Assembly: GCA_018644935.1 (NCBI GenBank)
Contig: JABGPL010000005.1
Span: 5,211 to 69,210 of the forward strand
Length of the DNA stretch: 64,000 nucleotides
From: Calditrichota bacterium
GTDB taxonomy: Bacteria; Electryoneota; AABM5-125-24; Hatepunaeales; Hatepunaeaceae
Direction: 5' to 3'
Positions 1-10,148 of this stretch are shown here, piece after piece. Positions within the stretch are counted from its first letter, which is position 1, and every line of letters begins with the position of its first letter. Both the position numbers and the translations under genes were made by a program. The notes beneath the pieces are model-generated. The model ran no database searches, was not told the origin of the DNA, and saw only the letters and a list, made by a program, of their open reading frames with translations.

Positions 1-1556
1 GCACCACAAATAATAAGTCCGGAAATCCAGAAATAAGTATTATCCGATCTGAAAAGGAACAGCCCTATTAAAATAGCATCAATAACAAAGTGCCAGACGA
101 GAACAGACCAGATTCCAAATCTTAAAAAAACGATCCCGGCGAGGATTCCAACAATTGTTACCTCAAAGCCACGTGCAAATGCAGGTTGTTGTGGGTAGTT
201 CGAGTGCAGGAATCCCCAGATTAGGGCTGTTAAAACTATTGCGGCTGTCTTGTTCTTGAGCAGTTTTCTGAATAACGAAATTCCATAGAATCGGAAATAG
301 AATTCCTCGAGCAGAGCAGCGGAGAGTGAAATTACCAGCGGGTAGAGCCAGGGGAGGAATGTGGAAACGGTGTTAGTATATTCAATCCTTGCCGGTGACC
401 AGAAGCCTATTTTTTGACCGACAACATAATAAAAAACAACAAATCCAATATCGATAGCGACGAGGATATATCCCATTAATGTTGCTTGAATAAACTCCCG
501 ACTTTGGAATCCACGCCAGCGCAATATGTTCTGTAATGCAAGTTTGCCCGGGAAATCTTTCCTGTATAGGTACTCACCGGATCCAATCAGAACCATCAGC
601 GACATGCCCTGCATTATGCCCAACATCAAACTTCGGAGCACTCGCATGCCCAAAAAGACACTATAAGTTTCTGTAGTGCGATAACCGCTCATTGCAACCG
701 GCAATGCATTGATTTCAAGTAAAAAGTTTGCACCTGCCAGAATGGAGGCTAATATTATGGTAATTCGCCATGGTACCTGACCGTCTCGAATATGAACAAA
801 AAAATGATAGAACATGCCTATTACCATCAGACCAGCAAGTAATCGCGCAATTGTGTGAAATAGCATGTTTCGTGATTGCTGACGGTCGAAATCCCTTTGC
901 CATGCTTGTGGAACCTTCAGGTATTGACTGAATCCTCCAATCTGAGCGCCCTGTACTGTTATCCGTAATCTAAGTGGAGCATCGGCCGCTCGAAAATCTC
1001 GTTTTTCGAATGTGAAGTGGTGGTCTCTGCGCTCGGGTTTATCTGAGCTGTTGACTTCCACGAATTCCCAATTTTCAAACTCAAGTTGGAAATGAGATTT
1101 AAGGAAGGCTTCAGCGAGCTTCTGTGCAATATTCGGATCGAGACTTGGACCTCGTTCTTTTTCTAATATAACTCGGTTGAAGCCAATGACTTTGCCATTA
1201 GTGCTAATCCTGGCTGAATACTCAAGCGGATCGAGTGGCTTAAAAAAACGTACCTGCCAATGCCATATGTCAACGCTGTCCTGAGCCAGAGTGGTGGCTC
1301 GCTGGACCCCAAGCTCCCTTTCAAGATACCTCAGTGATATACTATTGCTCGAGAAGATAACTGATTCATGATATCCAGTTAAATCAAAGTGCCTGCTTTC
1401 AAGAAAGCTCCGAGCATTTTGAAGAGCTTCTTCTTTGGATATCTGCATGTTGATCGAGAATTCAGGGAAGGCGCGATCAAAATTTGAGATACCATAGGTC
1501 AGGCAAATTAGAGCTATAATAGCTGAAACAAGGATATAGTTGCGGTTTGATTTCAT
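1..1556 (-). CDS. CPBP-family (CAAX/Abi-like) intramembrane glutamic endopeptidase; 3' end runs off the left edge of the window
   Basis: Absent from the ORF track because it stays open to nt 1. Hand translation of the minus strand from ATG 1556-1554 gives MKSNRNYILVSAIIALICLTYG... (N-terminal TM), a ~230-aa soluble part, then several TM helices. These carry the three CPBP motifs in order: LLEEFYFRF (EExxxR, nt 308-291), WGFLH (FxxxH-type, nt 218-204), HFVID (HxxxD, nt 92-78). It starts 16 nt after the queF stop on the same strand. Confidence 0.7.
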   Translation of the reverse strand, partial: MKSNRNYILVSAIIALICLTYGISNFDRAFPEFSINMQISKEEALQNARSFLESRHFDLTGYHESVIFSSNSISLRYLERELGVQRATTLAQDSVDIWHWQVRFFKPLDPLEYSARISTNGKVIGFNRVILEKERGPSLDPNIAQKLAEAFLKSHFQLEFENWEFVEVNSSDKPERRDHHFTFEKRDFRAADAPLRLRITVQGAQIGGFSQYLKVPQAWQRDFDRQQSRNMLFHTIARLLAGLMVIGMFYHFFVHIRDGQVPWRITIILASILAGANFLLEINALPVAMSGYRTTETYSVFLGMRVLRSLMLGIMQGMSLMVLIGSGEYLYRKDFPGKLALQNILRWRGFQSREFIQATLMGYILVAIDIGFVVFYYVVGQKIGFWSPARIEYTNTVSTFLPWLYPLVISLSAALLEEFYFRFYGISLFRKLLKNKTAAIVLTALIWGFLHSNYPQQPAFARGFEVTIVGILAGIVFLRFGIWSVLVWHFVIDAILIGLFLFRSDNTYFWISGLIICG

Positions 1557-1572
1557 AGTACTTGTCAAATGA

Positions 1573-2004
1573 TCAGACTTCTTCCTCAATGTCTTCTGCT
1601 ATTTCGTCTTCTCTATCCCAAGTTGCGGTTGCGCGGGATTTCAATCCTCCACGTTCGGTAAATTCTGCCTCAACGGTCATGCTTATCGGTTTGCAAACCT
1701 TCACGAGGTCTTCAAGAATTCGTGGCACAAGGTGTTCATAGAAAATACCTACGTTTCGATACGAGAGTAAATAATACTTCAGCGAGCGAAGCTCAATACA
1801 ATCTTTATCTGGCACGTAGTAAATAGCGATCATCCCGAAATCGGGTAGGCCTGAGAATGGGCAGACTGATGTGAATTCCTCTGTCCCAATCTCTAGCTCA
1901 ATTTCCCGCCCTGAGTACTCGTAGGGAAATATATCAAGGATACCAGTATCAATGGCGTCATAGCCATCGAACGGTAGCGTTTTGCCCTGTGGTTGTATGT
2001 CCAT
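1573..2004 (-). CDS. queF: NADPH-dependent 7-cyano-7-deazaguanine (preQ0) reductase, unimodular type
   Basis: 143-aa ORF with the catalytic-Cys context TSVCPFSGLPDFG and the QueF motif ELRSLKYYLLSYRN (E-[SL]-[KR]-[SA]-h-K-[LY]-[YFW]). Size fits type I QueF. Confidence 0.9.
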   Translation of the reverse strand: MDIQPQGKTLPFDGYDAIDTGILDIFPYEYSGREIELEIGTEEFTSVCPFSGLPDFGMIAIYYVPDKDCIELRSLKYYLLSYRNVGIFYEHLVPRILEDLVKVCKPISMTVEAEFTERGGLKSRATATWDREDEIAEDIEEEV

Positions 2005-2083
2005 TAGTTCTTTTTAGTTAAATCATGTTATCTCGTTGCCTTCATAACTTCAGCGACGATTTAAATGCAGCTTTAATATATGT

Positions 2084-2117
2084 AAAAAAAAAGCCCGGCA
2101 GAATGAATCTGCCGAGC
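2084..2117 (-). terminator. Rho-independent terminator downstream of the 2141-5635 cargo gene
   Basis: The minus-strand transcript reads GCUCGGCAG-AUUCAUU-CUGCCGGGC (9-bp stem with one G-U, 7-nt loop) followed by nine U (plus-strand A-run 2084-2092). It lies 24 nt after the TAA stop at 2141-2143. Confidence 0.8.
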
Positions 2118-2140
2118 TTGTATTAGGCATTTGCAAAAAC

Positions 2141-5100
2141 TTACTTTAAGAGCACAACTTTTTGTTTTGCAACTTTCCCGGTGTTTCTCAGTTCAACAAA
2201 ATAAACACCACTGGAATAATCCATACCATTGATCTGAATCGAATGAAGACCAGCAGTTTGATTACCCTTGAACAGGTCGTTAACTCGTCTGCCGGAGATA
2301 TCAATTACTGCAATGTCAATCACTCCCGCCTCTTCTAGTGAATAACTCAGGCTCATTTTATTGTTAAACGGGTTGGGATATGCAGACTGGATGCCAAACT
2401 CAAAGGGAATGGAAGAGGTTGATGACAACTCTATTACCCAGAATCCATCTGCCTCATATTTATCTGACCCAAGAACAGTTGTGTATTCGAAATCCAACTC
2501 TCTGCCATCTTCAAGGAGGACGAGAGTTAACCGGCCGGTATCCACGGCACCATCTATAGCTTCAGTAGTTGGATCATCTCCCCAGATTGCGATACCGGCG
2601 TTTCCGTAACTCAACACTCCGGAACCTACAAGATTATCACCGGAATATACTCCGATCTCGCCATTAACACCTGTTGGGTCCAACACTAACAAACTCATGT
2701 TGTGATCAGTTGAGGGATGAGCTGTTAAGAATTTGGTTTTACCCTTCAATAAAGTGACAAATTCTTCTTGTTCAAGTTGATAGACAAGTTCGATTTCATT
2801 TTCCAGTTTTAGCTGATATCCGTTGCCTTCGCTCAAGTTGCCCATGTTGCTGAAGTTGAATGGGGGACTGTAAAAACGCCCTGCACCATCTTTTGCAATA
2901 AGCAGTTCATCCACAATTCCAGAAAGAGCGACAATTGCATCAATTTCAACGCGGGGAAAATATGAGATCATGTTCCAACCGTCACCCAACGGAATCGGTT
3001 CATTTCCCATGACCGACATGCCTCTGACCGTCAGGTCGGCAGCTTCGACCAATTTAACCTGATATCCCTCAGCGACATTCCAGCCGGGGATGTTATTAAA
3101 GTTAAATTGCGGGTTATAGAATTGTCCGACACCGTTTTTCATGATCTCCAACAGATCCTGCTCAACAAGTTCAACCATTATTTCGCGGATGTCATCAGGA
3201 TCAGGTTGGACATTTGTCGAAATGAGATTCCAGCCCATGTCCATCTCAATTGTCCGTTCCGCCACAACGGGACCGTCGGAAACGACAAGCATTACCGGAA
3301 GGATGCTCTCACCGTTGGTACCATCATGATCAAAGACAAATTCACCTTCATATTCACCAGCAGGGAGCTGTGCTGCGTCAAGTACAACATCGAAATCCTG
3401 ACTTTGCCCGGGTTCAATTACTCCTTCTGTGGGGTCAATGGCAAACCAGTCTAGTCTGAAATCCATATGCCAGATATCAATCCGATCTTCTGCACCTGAA
3501 TTGGCTACTCCCATAAATACCCAGGAATAAATATCATACTGATTGGAGATGAAGCAGCCCTGAGCAACTCCACCATCAACGTTAAAGAGATTATCAACAT
3601 CCATCGCACGATCGTTATCAATATCGATTTTTGCAATCATTAGATCACCGACATCATTGATCTTGTGGAAAATGTATAGTTGATAACCATCTGGGTCATC
3701 CGGCCAATATGCCAATCCATAAACACGGTAGTTATGCCTGCCTATTTCAGCAACTTGATTTCCTTCCCTATCGAATCCGGAAATTTCTGTTGTGGTCCCA
3801 GATGCCCATAAAATGTCTCTGTCAGAATCCCAGGCAAGGTTATTACAGGGGGATATACCGCAATCAAATGAGTTAACTTCCTCACCGTCAAGAGTAAATC
3901 CGAATATTATTCTTTCACCGGAACCCCAGATTGTTTCACCATCAGTAGCCAGATCTTTGTAACCGTAACGACTTTCACCAAGCTGAGCATATTGATCTAC
4001 CAGCTCCTGGTCACGATTAAGCACATAAATGGCGGCCTCTCCATCATTTGCGCCGCTTGCAAAGAAATGATCATCAATAAATACGGTACCATGAACACGT
4101 GCATCTTCAGTAATTACTCCGGCAGGAACACTATCTCTCAATTCCCACGGATCGACATCGGGAGCTTCTGGAATTCGACGGTGGTTAGTATAGGTAAGCG
4201 GAGCGTTCCCGTCATTTGTTACAGTGAAACTCGTCTCAGTACTCTCACCGGGCGCAACCTCAAGTGCGATATCGTCTCTATTGATGTTGCATTCAGAGTG
4301 AAGAAGTTCCATTGAACCATCAGAGAATTCACCACCCATAACTTCAACCAGGTCAATTACAAAGGTGTGATAATCAGGATGGATACAGACTAATTCGTAG
4401 TCTCCTTCCGGCATATTAATGACTTCAAAGTTGCCTTCTTCATCACTGAATCTGGTTAGTCCCGAAGGATTAAATACAATGCTGGCACCCTCGACGGCAT
4501 CTCCGTTTGCCTCGTCAGTAATGGTGCCTTCAACGTCTCCAACTGGGTAATCCATGCTGGCGATAATCGGAACAACGAATTCCTGAATTCCATCATCGTC
4601 GACTGTAACAATCATTTCTGCTAAATAAACACCTTCTTCAAGATCTTCAAAATTAACAGTTGCTGTTACTTCTGCAGATTCTCCACCCTCAATTTCACCA
4701 TCCGCTGGATCAAATGCTAGCCATGGTACCCAGGCATCCGGAGGACCGAATGCAACAACGCCCTCAGCCTCGAGATATTCAAAATCGTCATTACACATTG
4801 TAAAGCCGGTGTCCCGGGCTTCATTCTGCATTCCAACCATAACGGAAGGTCGATTTGGATCATCATCACCAATCTGAGCGTATTGATACTTAATCAATCC
4901 GCTTCGATTCAGGATAATTTGGAAAGTCCAATGTTCACCATCTTCCTGACCTTCATCCTGCCAATGTGCCATATCATCCCATGTGATAATAGCAGTGCTT
5001 CTGCCGTCTGTCCAATAATAAATTTCCCCGGTGCGGGTACCCGGATCTAAATCCTGGTACATCACTGCCATAAGAGTTGGGGGTGGGGAGCTGGCAATAT

Positions 5101-5635
5101 CATCAGGTTGATCATTGGGAAGTGGTCCCCAGGCGGGGTAGTGAAAGATTATTTGAAATCTCTCAATGAAGCTGCACCAGCCGTTTGCATGCAGACCGAT
5201 TTCATTGTAAACTTCTCCATAATATGGGAATTCAAAACCCAGATCATACATACCATGAAATGAGTCATCAAGTACATCTTCAATGTGCTGCGTATCCTCA
5301 AGTTCAGTGATGTCTATCCAGTTGTAAGCAGGACAATCCCCTTCCCGGTGGTCCACCCAGACGTTTTCAAAGTCATCGGGTCCCCCACGCTCATCACGGA
5401 GTGGTCCTCGCTCTTCGTCATTGCCGCCCCATTCTGCGGCGCGAACATTCACCGAATAGTCTACGGCATTTTCACCATTGTTAGTCAAGGTAAGTATTGT
5501 CTCAATGACATCCTGTTCATCATTCACGTTAGTAAATCCCAGCGGCGAAACAGTTGTCTCTGCGTACGAAAAGTTCAGCCAACCGCATAAAAAGACGACG
5601 ACTGTTAGGATCAAGATACTTTTCAAAACGCGCAT
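2141..5635 (-). CDS. T9SS-sorted multidomain surface protein, stalk-family paralog (group A; GGPD/NIDO-like head)
   Basis: ORF track 2141..5680 (1179 aa). I moved the start to ATG 5635 (AGGAG 7 nt upstream; MRVLKSILILTVVVFLCGWLNFSYA signal peptide). The C-terminal ~80 aa, AYPNPFNNKMSLSY...GVYFVELRNTGKVAKQKVVLLK, carries the type-A T9SS sorting-domain signature. Upstream lie a CarboxypepD_reg-like domain (GTITDEANGDAVEGASIVF), a DGxxxW-blade propeller-like core (~80% aa identity by eye to the 54245 gene), the GW-FY twin repeat (GWNLISTNV.../GWNMISYFPR...) and an NMS domain (DHNMSLLVLD...AGIAIWGDDPTT). Confidence 0.85.
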   Translation of the reverse strand: MRVLKSILILTVVVFLCGWLNFSYAETTVSPLGFTNVNDEQDVIETILTLTNNGENAVDYSVNVRAAEWGGNDEERGPLRDERGGPDDFENVWVDHREGDCPAYNWIDITELEDTQHIEDVLDDSFHGMYDLGFEFPYYGEVYNEIGLHANGWCSFIERFQIIFHYPAWGPLPNDQPDDIASSPPPTLMAVMYQDLDPGTRTGEIYYWTDGRSTAIITWDDMAHWQDEGQEDGEHWTFQIILNRSGLIKYQYAQIGDDDPNRPSVMVGMQNEARDTGFTMCNDDFEYLEAEGVVAFGPPDAWVPWLAFDPADGEIEGGESAEVTATVNFEDLEEGVYLAEMIVTVDDDGIQEFVVPIIASMDYPVGDVEGTITDEANGDAVEGASIVFNPSGLTRFSDEEGNFEVINMPEGDYELVCIHPDYHTFVIDLVEVMGGEFSDGSMELLHSECNINRDDIALEVAPGESTETSFTVTNDGNAPLTYTNHRRIPEAPDVDPWELRDSVPAGVITEDARVHGTVFIDDHFFASGANDGEAAIYVLNRDQELVDQYAQLGESRYGYKDLATDGETIWGSGERIIFGFTLDGEEVNSFDCGISPCNNLAWDSDRDILWASGTTTEISGFDREGNQVAEIGRHNYRVYGLAYWPDDPDGYQLYIFHKINDVGDLMIAKIDIDNDRAMDVDNLFNVDGGVAQGCFISNQYDIYSWVFMGVANSGAEDRIDIWHMDFRLDWFAIDPTEGVIEPGQSQDFDVVLDAAQLPAGEYEGEFVFDHDGTNGESILPVMLVVSDGPVVAERTIEMDMGWNLISTNVQPDPDDIREIMVELVEQDLLEIMKNGVGQFYNPQFNFNNIPGWNVAEGYQVKLVEAADLTVRGMSVMGNEPIPLGDGWNMISYFPRVEIDAIVALSGIVDELLIAKDGAGRFYSPPFNFSNMGNLSEGNGYQLKLENEIELVYQLEQEEFVTLLKGKTKFLTAHPSTDHNMSLLVLDPTGVNGEIGVYSGDNLVGSGVLSYGNAGIAIWGDDPTTEAIDGAVDTGRLTLVLLEDGRELDFEYTTVLGSDKYEADGFWVIELSSTSSIPFEFGIQSAYPNPFNNKMSLSYSLEEAGVIDIAVIDISGRRVNDLFKGNQTAGLHSIQINGMDYSSGVYFVELRNTGKVAKQKVVLLK

Positions 5636-5716
5636 TTCACACTCCTGTAATTTTAATCTTTTCCAACGATTCACAATCAAATATCCAAAATCGAACTATT
5701 TGCAGTTTATCTAAAC

Positions 5717-8700
5717 TCACTTCATCAAAACAACTTTCCACTGCGAAACTTCTCCGCTGCCTGCCAACTTGATCAAATAAACTCCACTGGCAAAACCCGA
5801 TCCATCAAATGACGTTTGATGTATCCCTGCAATTTGATTGCCAGAAAATAACTCGAACATCCTGCGTCCGGTCAGATCGTAAACTGAAATACTTATTTTT
5901 CCTGCTTCTGGAAGACCATAGTTTATTAAAGTAGTACTATTGAAGGGGTTAGGGAATGCAGAGTAGATTCCGAACTCTTCCGGGGTAAGCTGAGAATTGG
6001 AAATACCGATCGCGAGGAAGCTATCAGTAGTATAAATTCTGTTCCCGGCTAATACATCATAGTCAAGCTTATGCTGTCCTGTTTCATTGATAAGCATAAT
6101 GTCCAAAGCCTGCCCGGATATTGCTCCGTCTATTTCCTCCGTGGAGATGTCATCGCCCCAGACTGCGATCCCGGCGGAACCCTTTTCAAGTCTTCCTGAG
6201 CCGACAAGTTCTCCTGCTGCATAAACACCGATTTCACCAGTTAGGTGATCATCAGCTTTTACTAATAAGCTCATATTCTGACTGGTGATTGAATGAGTAG
6301 GTAAAACACAGGGTTGAGCGTAGTCAGATTGAGAACTTTCAGGGATATTGGCGAGCTCCTCCTCGAAAGTGTAGACTAGCTGAGCGTCTCCGTCTAATTT
6401 AAGTTGATACCCGTTGCCTTCCACCATGTCACCCATATTGCTGAACCCAAACTCGACATTATAGAATCGACCCGCCCCGTCTTTTGCAAGGATGAGATTT
6501 TCGACGATTCCTGAAAGTGCCGTCACTGCATCAACCGGATTTCGTGGATAATAGCTGATCATTTGCCATCCATCAACGAGGTCGATCGGTTCGTCAGGCA
6601 TTACAGTAATGCCTCGTAGCCTCAGTTCACCTTCACCATCCATTTTTATCAAGTAACCCTCTGATACATCCCATCTTTCAATATTGTTAAAGTTGAATTC
6701 AGGACGATAGAAATTTCCAAGACCATTTTTAACCATTAACAGTAGACCTTCATCAACAAGACCTGCCGTTAACTCCACAACATCATCCGGCTCGGGTTGC
6801 AAGTTCACCGAGACCATATTCCAACCATTCTCGAGCTGTAAAGTTCGCTCACCCATTGCAGGACCACCGTTGATGTTGAAAGAAATGGGGATTACGGCTT
6901 CACCGTCACCAGCGTTGTGGTGAATGTCTAAGAAGGCATTATATTCTCCAACCGGGAGATTTGAAGCATTGAGCGTTAAAGCGAGATCCATCTGATCACC
7001 AGCTTCAACTGTACCTTCGGGTGGTTCAAGTTCAAACCAGTCACGACGGGCGGCAATCTGCCAAATATCAATCCTGTCATGGGCTCCATCATTGACGGAT
7101 GTTATAAACGATACAGCGAGTGGATCATATTCGTTACTGATTGAAGCACCACCCGGATCGCCACCGACCTCATTAACGAGCAGAGTAACAAATTCCATCT
7201 CGCCACTCTCAGGGTTGAATTTATTTACCGCCGGAAGTTGTTCATCAGCATCTTTGTGATGTACATAGAGCTTAAATCCGTCCGGATCATCTTCCCACCA
7301 GCCGAAGCCATAAATTCGGATTCGCTGACGATCAATTTCAGCCATCTCGTTGCCTTCAACATCCAGCGCAACAGGGTCAGTTGTTGTACTCGAAACCCAA
7401 AGCCAGTTATTCCCGGTATCCCATGCCATAGCACCAACAGGATTATATGGGCTTTCAAAACTTAGCAGTTCTTCACCGTCGGTCGATATTGCATAAATTA
7501 CATCCGCAATTGCCAGCCAGATTCTCTCACCATCCCAGGCTAAGCATCGGGTGCGAGTTGCATCGTCGCCGGGTTGCGCGAACTCATTAATAAGCTCACC
7601 CTCAGGCGTTAATACATATATTGTAGGATTTCCATCATTGGCACCTGCAACATAAAACGAACCGTCAATGTATAGAACAGCTTCGATCCTCGAATCGTCA
7701 AGCGGATCACCGACTTGTATTGCTTCACGTAAGGTCCACGGATCGACCTCAACTTCATCCGGTAGACGTTTATCGGAACTGAATATCAAAGGACCGTTGC
7801 CCGGGTTGTTGAATGTAAACTCCGAGCTAACCTCGCCACCGAGTCCTGACTCGGTTTCTATTTCATCAATGGATGGTTCAAACTCGGGGTGGGTGAGGCT
7901 GAAATTGACTTCAAGTTCTTCACCTTCTTCAAGCTCCAATCCATCTCTCGTTATTATGTTATAACCTTGTTTGAATGCACTTACAGAAAATTCACCACGT
8001 GGACCGAATACTATCTCATAATATCCTTCCTCGTTGGTCAAAGTCCGGTGATCTTGTGATGTGGAAATAACCACATCTTCCATCGGGCTGTCATCTTCAG
8101 CATTAAGTACTGTGCCAGATAGGAATCCTCCGTGATCAGGACCTGACAACTGAATTTGCATTGCAAAATCACCTGAAGGTGAAGGATCGTAGCTTTCTCC
8201 ATCGTTTTGAGTGCGCATCATTGAAGCGGGCATTGATGTGTTTGTGCCCGCAATTGGTGGGGTATTGTCGGATCTGAAGTTTCCGCCATTCACGTAATAG
8301 TAACCTATCATCAGACCTTCGCCTTCGTTAATCGACACATAGTCATCTTCTTCAAGTTCAACAGTGACATAGGTTTGATTAGCCTCAACAGCCTGAGAGC
8401 CCTCCCATTCGATCTGAAATTCATCATTATCGAGATTCACAGTCGAAATTGTGAATGGACATTGCAATCCCGCAGCACCAGTGATTCCTACACGAAAAGC
8501 AGTAATCCAAAGTGGCATTGGCCCCCCTGGATGATCAAATCTAACTCCCCAACCGGAATTTTCATTCCACGAGGTCGATCCCTCAAGTGTTGTATCGACA
8601 AATCCTATCCACATTTCCCGACTCTCTTCCTGATCGTAAACGATTTGATCTAATCCGAGCATGTCATTTTCATTATTCGCATCGTTATCTGCATCGATAG

Positions 8701-9715
8701 TTACCCAAACAGAATAATGGCCAACGTCAGCAGGAACAACCCAGGCATCATTTGTGGACACAATAATTGTTTCTTCTGCCTCAAGACCATCAACAACAAC
8801 TTCCTCCTCGAAAATCTCGTCGCCATCAGGTGCCATAACACTGAAAACCACAATAAACTCTTCTATATCATCAGCATTATTAGTAATCTCCGCGAAAAGA
8901 GATCTCTCAGTATTAGGAAGGACTATCCAGTTACGATCAATTTCTTCTTCTGCATTGAAGACGCTTTCGACACCAAGATCAACAAAATCACCTTGATATA
9001 CTCCATTAGCACGCATCAATAAATCACCACCTGCAATATTCGACCAATTAGCGTGCGCAGCGACCGGAGCATCCCCGGCGAACATGTAGCTACGGCGAAC
9101 TTCTGAAGCACCATCAAACAAATTCCACCACCCGTCACCTTCTCCACCTGGATATTCTCCTCCGGGTGCAGGACCATAAATAATTGTAAAGTTCTCGCCA
9201 CCCTCAAAAACAGGGCGGTCGTCTTCTTCGATTTCTATCCAGTGCCAGTTTGCAGCGAGATTCTCGCGATCCCAGGCCTCAAGACTTTCAATCTGACCTT
9301 CCCATACGAGATCAGTCAAATCGTGAGAATCCTGATCTTCACGATAAACGAGTATATTGCATGGAGCATCAGGGTTAGGTCCTTGATTAAGAGGCATAAA
9401 TCTGACCCCTTGCAGTTGGTACTCCGCATTTGGTGTGAATTGTACTCGAGACCAAAGGTTTACAGTAGGGTAAAGGGATTGAGGAGCACCATTATCGTAG
9501 GTTATCCAATCTGGACCGGGGTCATCCCTGTTTGGGGCAGGACCACCATCATCATACCCGAGTTCTACCATTCGAGTGGATGCGTTAAAATCTTCGGAGA
9601 TTATCCCGAGATTGGTTGCTCTTATTGGAACAGGATTATCTGCATATGCTGAGAAAGCGACAGTTAATCCAAATAAAAGTAGTAAAATGAAACAAAAAAA
9701 GCGATTCACAGACAT
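5717..9715 (-). CDS. T9SS-sorted multidomain surface protein, divergent stalk-family paralog (two jelly-roll-like head units)
   Basis: 1332-aa ORF with signal peptide MSVNRFFCFILLLLFGLTVAFSAYA. Stalk is colinear with the other paralogs: CarboxypepD_reg-like GFLSGTVLNAEDDSPMEDVVI, propeller-like core ...RIYGFGWWEDDPDGFKLYVHHK, GWNMVSVNLQPEPDD.../GWQMISYYPRNPVDA..., SQNMSLLVKAD...AGIAVWGDDISTEEIDGA. The CTD is AFPNPFNSTTLINYGL...GVYLIKLAGSGEVSQWKVVLMK. It ends 36-81 nt upstream of the 2141 gene start on the same strand. Confidence 0.85.
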   Translation of the reverse strand: MSVNRFFCFILLLLFGLTVAFSAYADNPVPIRATNLGIISEDFNASTRMVELGYDDGGPAPNRDDPGPDWITYDNGAPQSLYPTVNLWSRVQFTPNAEYQLQGVRFMPLNQGPNPDAPCNILVYREDQDSHDLTDLVWEGQIESLEAWDRENLAANWHWIEIEEDDRPVFEGGENFTIIYGPAPGGEYPGGEGDGWWNLFDGASEVRRSYMFAGDAPVAAHANWSNIAGGDLLMRANGVYQGDFVDLGVESVFNAEEEIDRNWIVLPNTERSLFAEITNNADDIEEFIVVFSVMAPDGDEIFEEEVVVDGLEAEETIIVSTNDAWVVPADVGHYSVWVTIDADNDANNENDMLGLDQIVYDQEESREMWIGFVDTTLEGSTSWNENSGWGVRFDHPGGPMPLWITAFRVGITGAAGLQCPFTISTVNLDNDEFQIEWEGSQAVEANQTYVTVELEEDDYVSINEGEGLMIGYYYVNGGNFRSDNTPPIAGTNTSMPASMMRTQNDGESYDPSPSGDFAMQIQLSGPDHGGFLSGTVLNAEDDSPMEDVVISTSQDHRTLTNEEGYYEIVFGPRGEFSVSAFKQGYNIITRDGLELEEGEELEVNFSLTHPEFEPSIDEIETESGLGGEVSSEFTFNNPGNGPLIFSSDKRLPDEVEVDPWTLREAIQVGDPLDDSRIEAVLYIDGSFYVAGANDGNPTIYVLTPEGELINEFAQPGDDATRTRCLAWDGERIWLAIADVIYAISTDGEELLSFESPYNPVGAMAWDTGNNWLWVSSTTTDPVALDVEGNEMAEIDRQRIRIYGFGWWEDDPDGFKLYVHHKDADEQLPAVNKFNPESGEMEFVTLLVNEVGGDPGGASISNEYDPLAVSFITSVNDGAHDRIDIWQIAARRDWFELEPPEGTVEAGDQMDLALTLNASNLPVGEYNAFLDIHHNAGDGEAVIPISFNINGGPAMGERTLQLENGWNMVSVNLQPEPDDVVELTAGLVDEGLLLMVKNGLGNFYRPEFNFNNIERWDVSEGYLIKMDGEGELRLRGITVMPDEPIDLVDGWQMISYYPRNPVDAVTALSGIVENLILAKDGAGRFYNVEFGFSNMGDMVEGNGYQLKLDGDAQLVYTFEEELANIPESSQSDYAQPCVLPTHSITSQNMSLLVKADDHLTGEIGVYAAGELVGSGRLEKGSAGIAVWGDDISTEEIDGAISGQALDIMLINETGQHKLDYDVLAGNRIYTTDSFLAIGISNSQLTPEEFGIYSAFPNPFNSTTLINYGLPEAGKISISVYDLTGRRMFELFSGNQIAGIHQTSFDGSGFASGVYLIKLAGSGEVSQWKVVLMK

Positions 9716-10148
9716 GGTACCTCCAAAACTTTGTGTTCGGTCCAGAAGCGGGGAGAGGAATATGGAATCAAATCAGATTCCTGGACAAAAAAATCCATAC
9801 AAGTTGGTTTGAGGAAATAAAACAGAGGATCACCATTAGAGATGATTTGTTTTCCGGGGAGATGTCCTGCAATCCAGAATAAAGAGTCACAACAAATTCC
9901 TGAGATTCGCACCATTTGGAACGGCAGGAATTGTTGGGACAATGTCCCAGAGAAGATAGGTTTCCAGCGTTAAGTTAACAAATTTAAGCCGTTAACAGTT
10001 GAAATACTTGGACATATTCAGCAGATTTTGAGAATCTGCAAACGCTTTCCCGGAATCCTTTCACGACCTGTACACGTATCGTTGCGGAATATCAATAAAA
10101 GATATGCAACTTTTCCAGTATTTTCAAGTAAAAAGTGACGTATTATAA

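Noticed and set aside
9576-9942. The small ORFs 9576-9812(+) and 9706-9942(-) in the region upstream of the 5717-9715 gene.
   Set aside because: They overlap each other and the start of the cargo gene. They have no RBS or recognisable motif, and their composition looks like intergenic sequence.
10021-10039. The hairpin GCAGATT-TTGAG-AATCTGC downstream of citF, as a terminator.
   Set aside because: The stem is 7 bp and AT-rich, and no U-tract follows on the minus strand. It lies 110 nt after the stop. It is not convincing.
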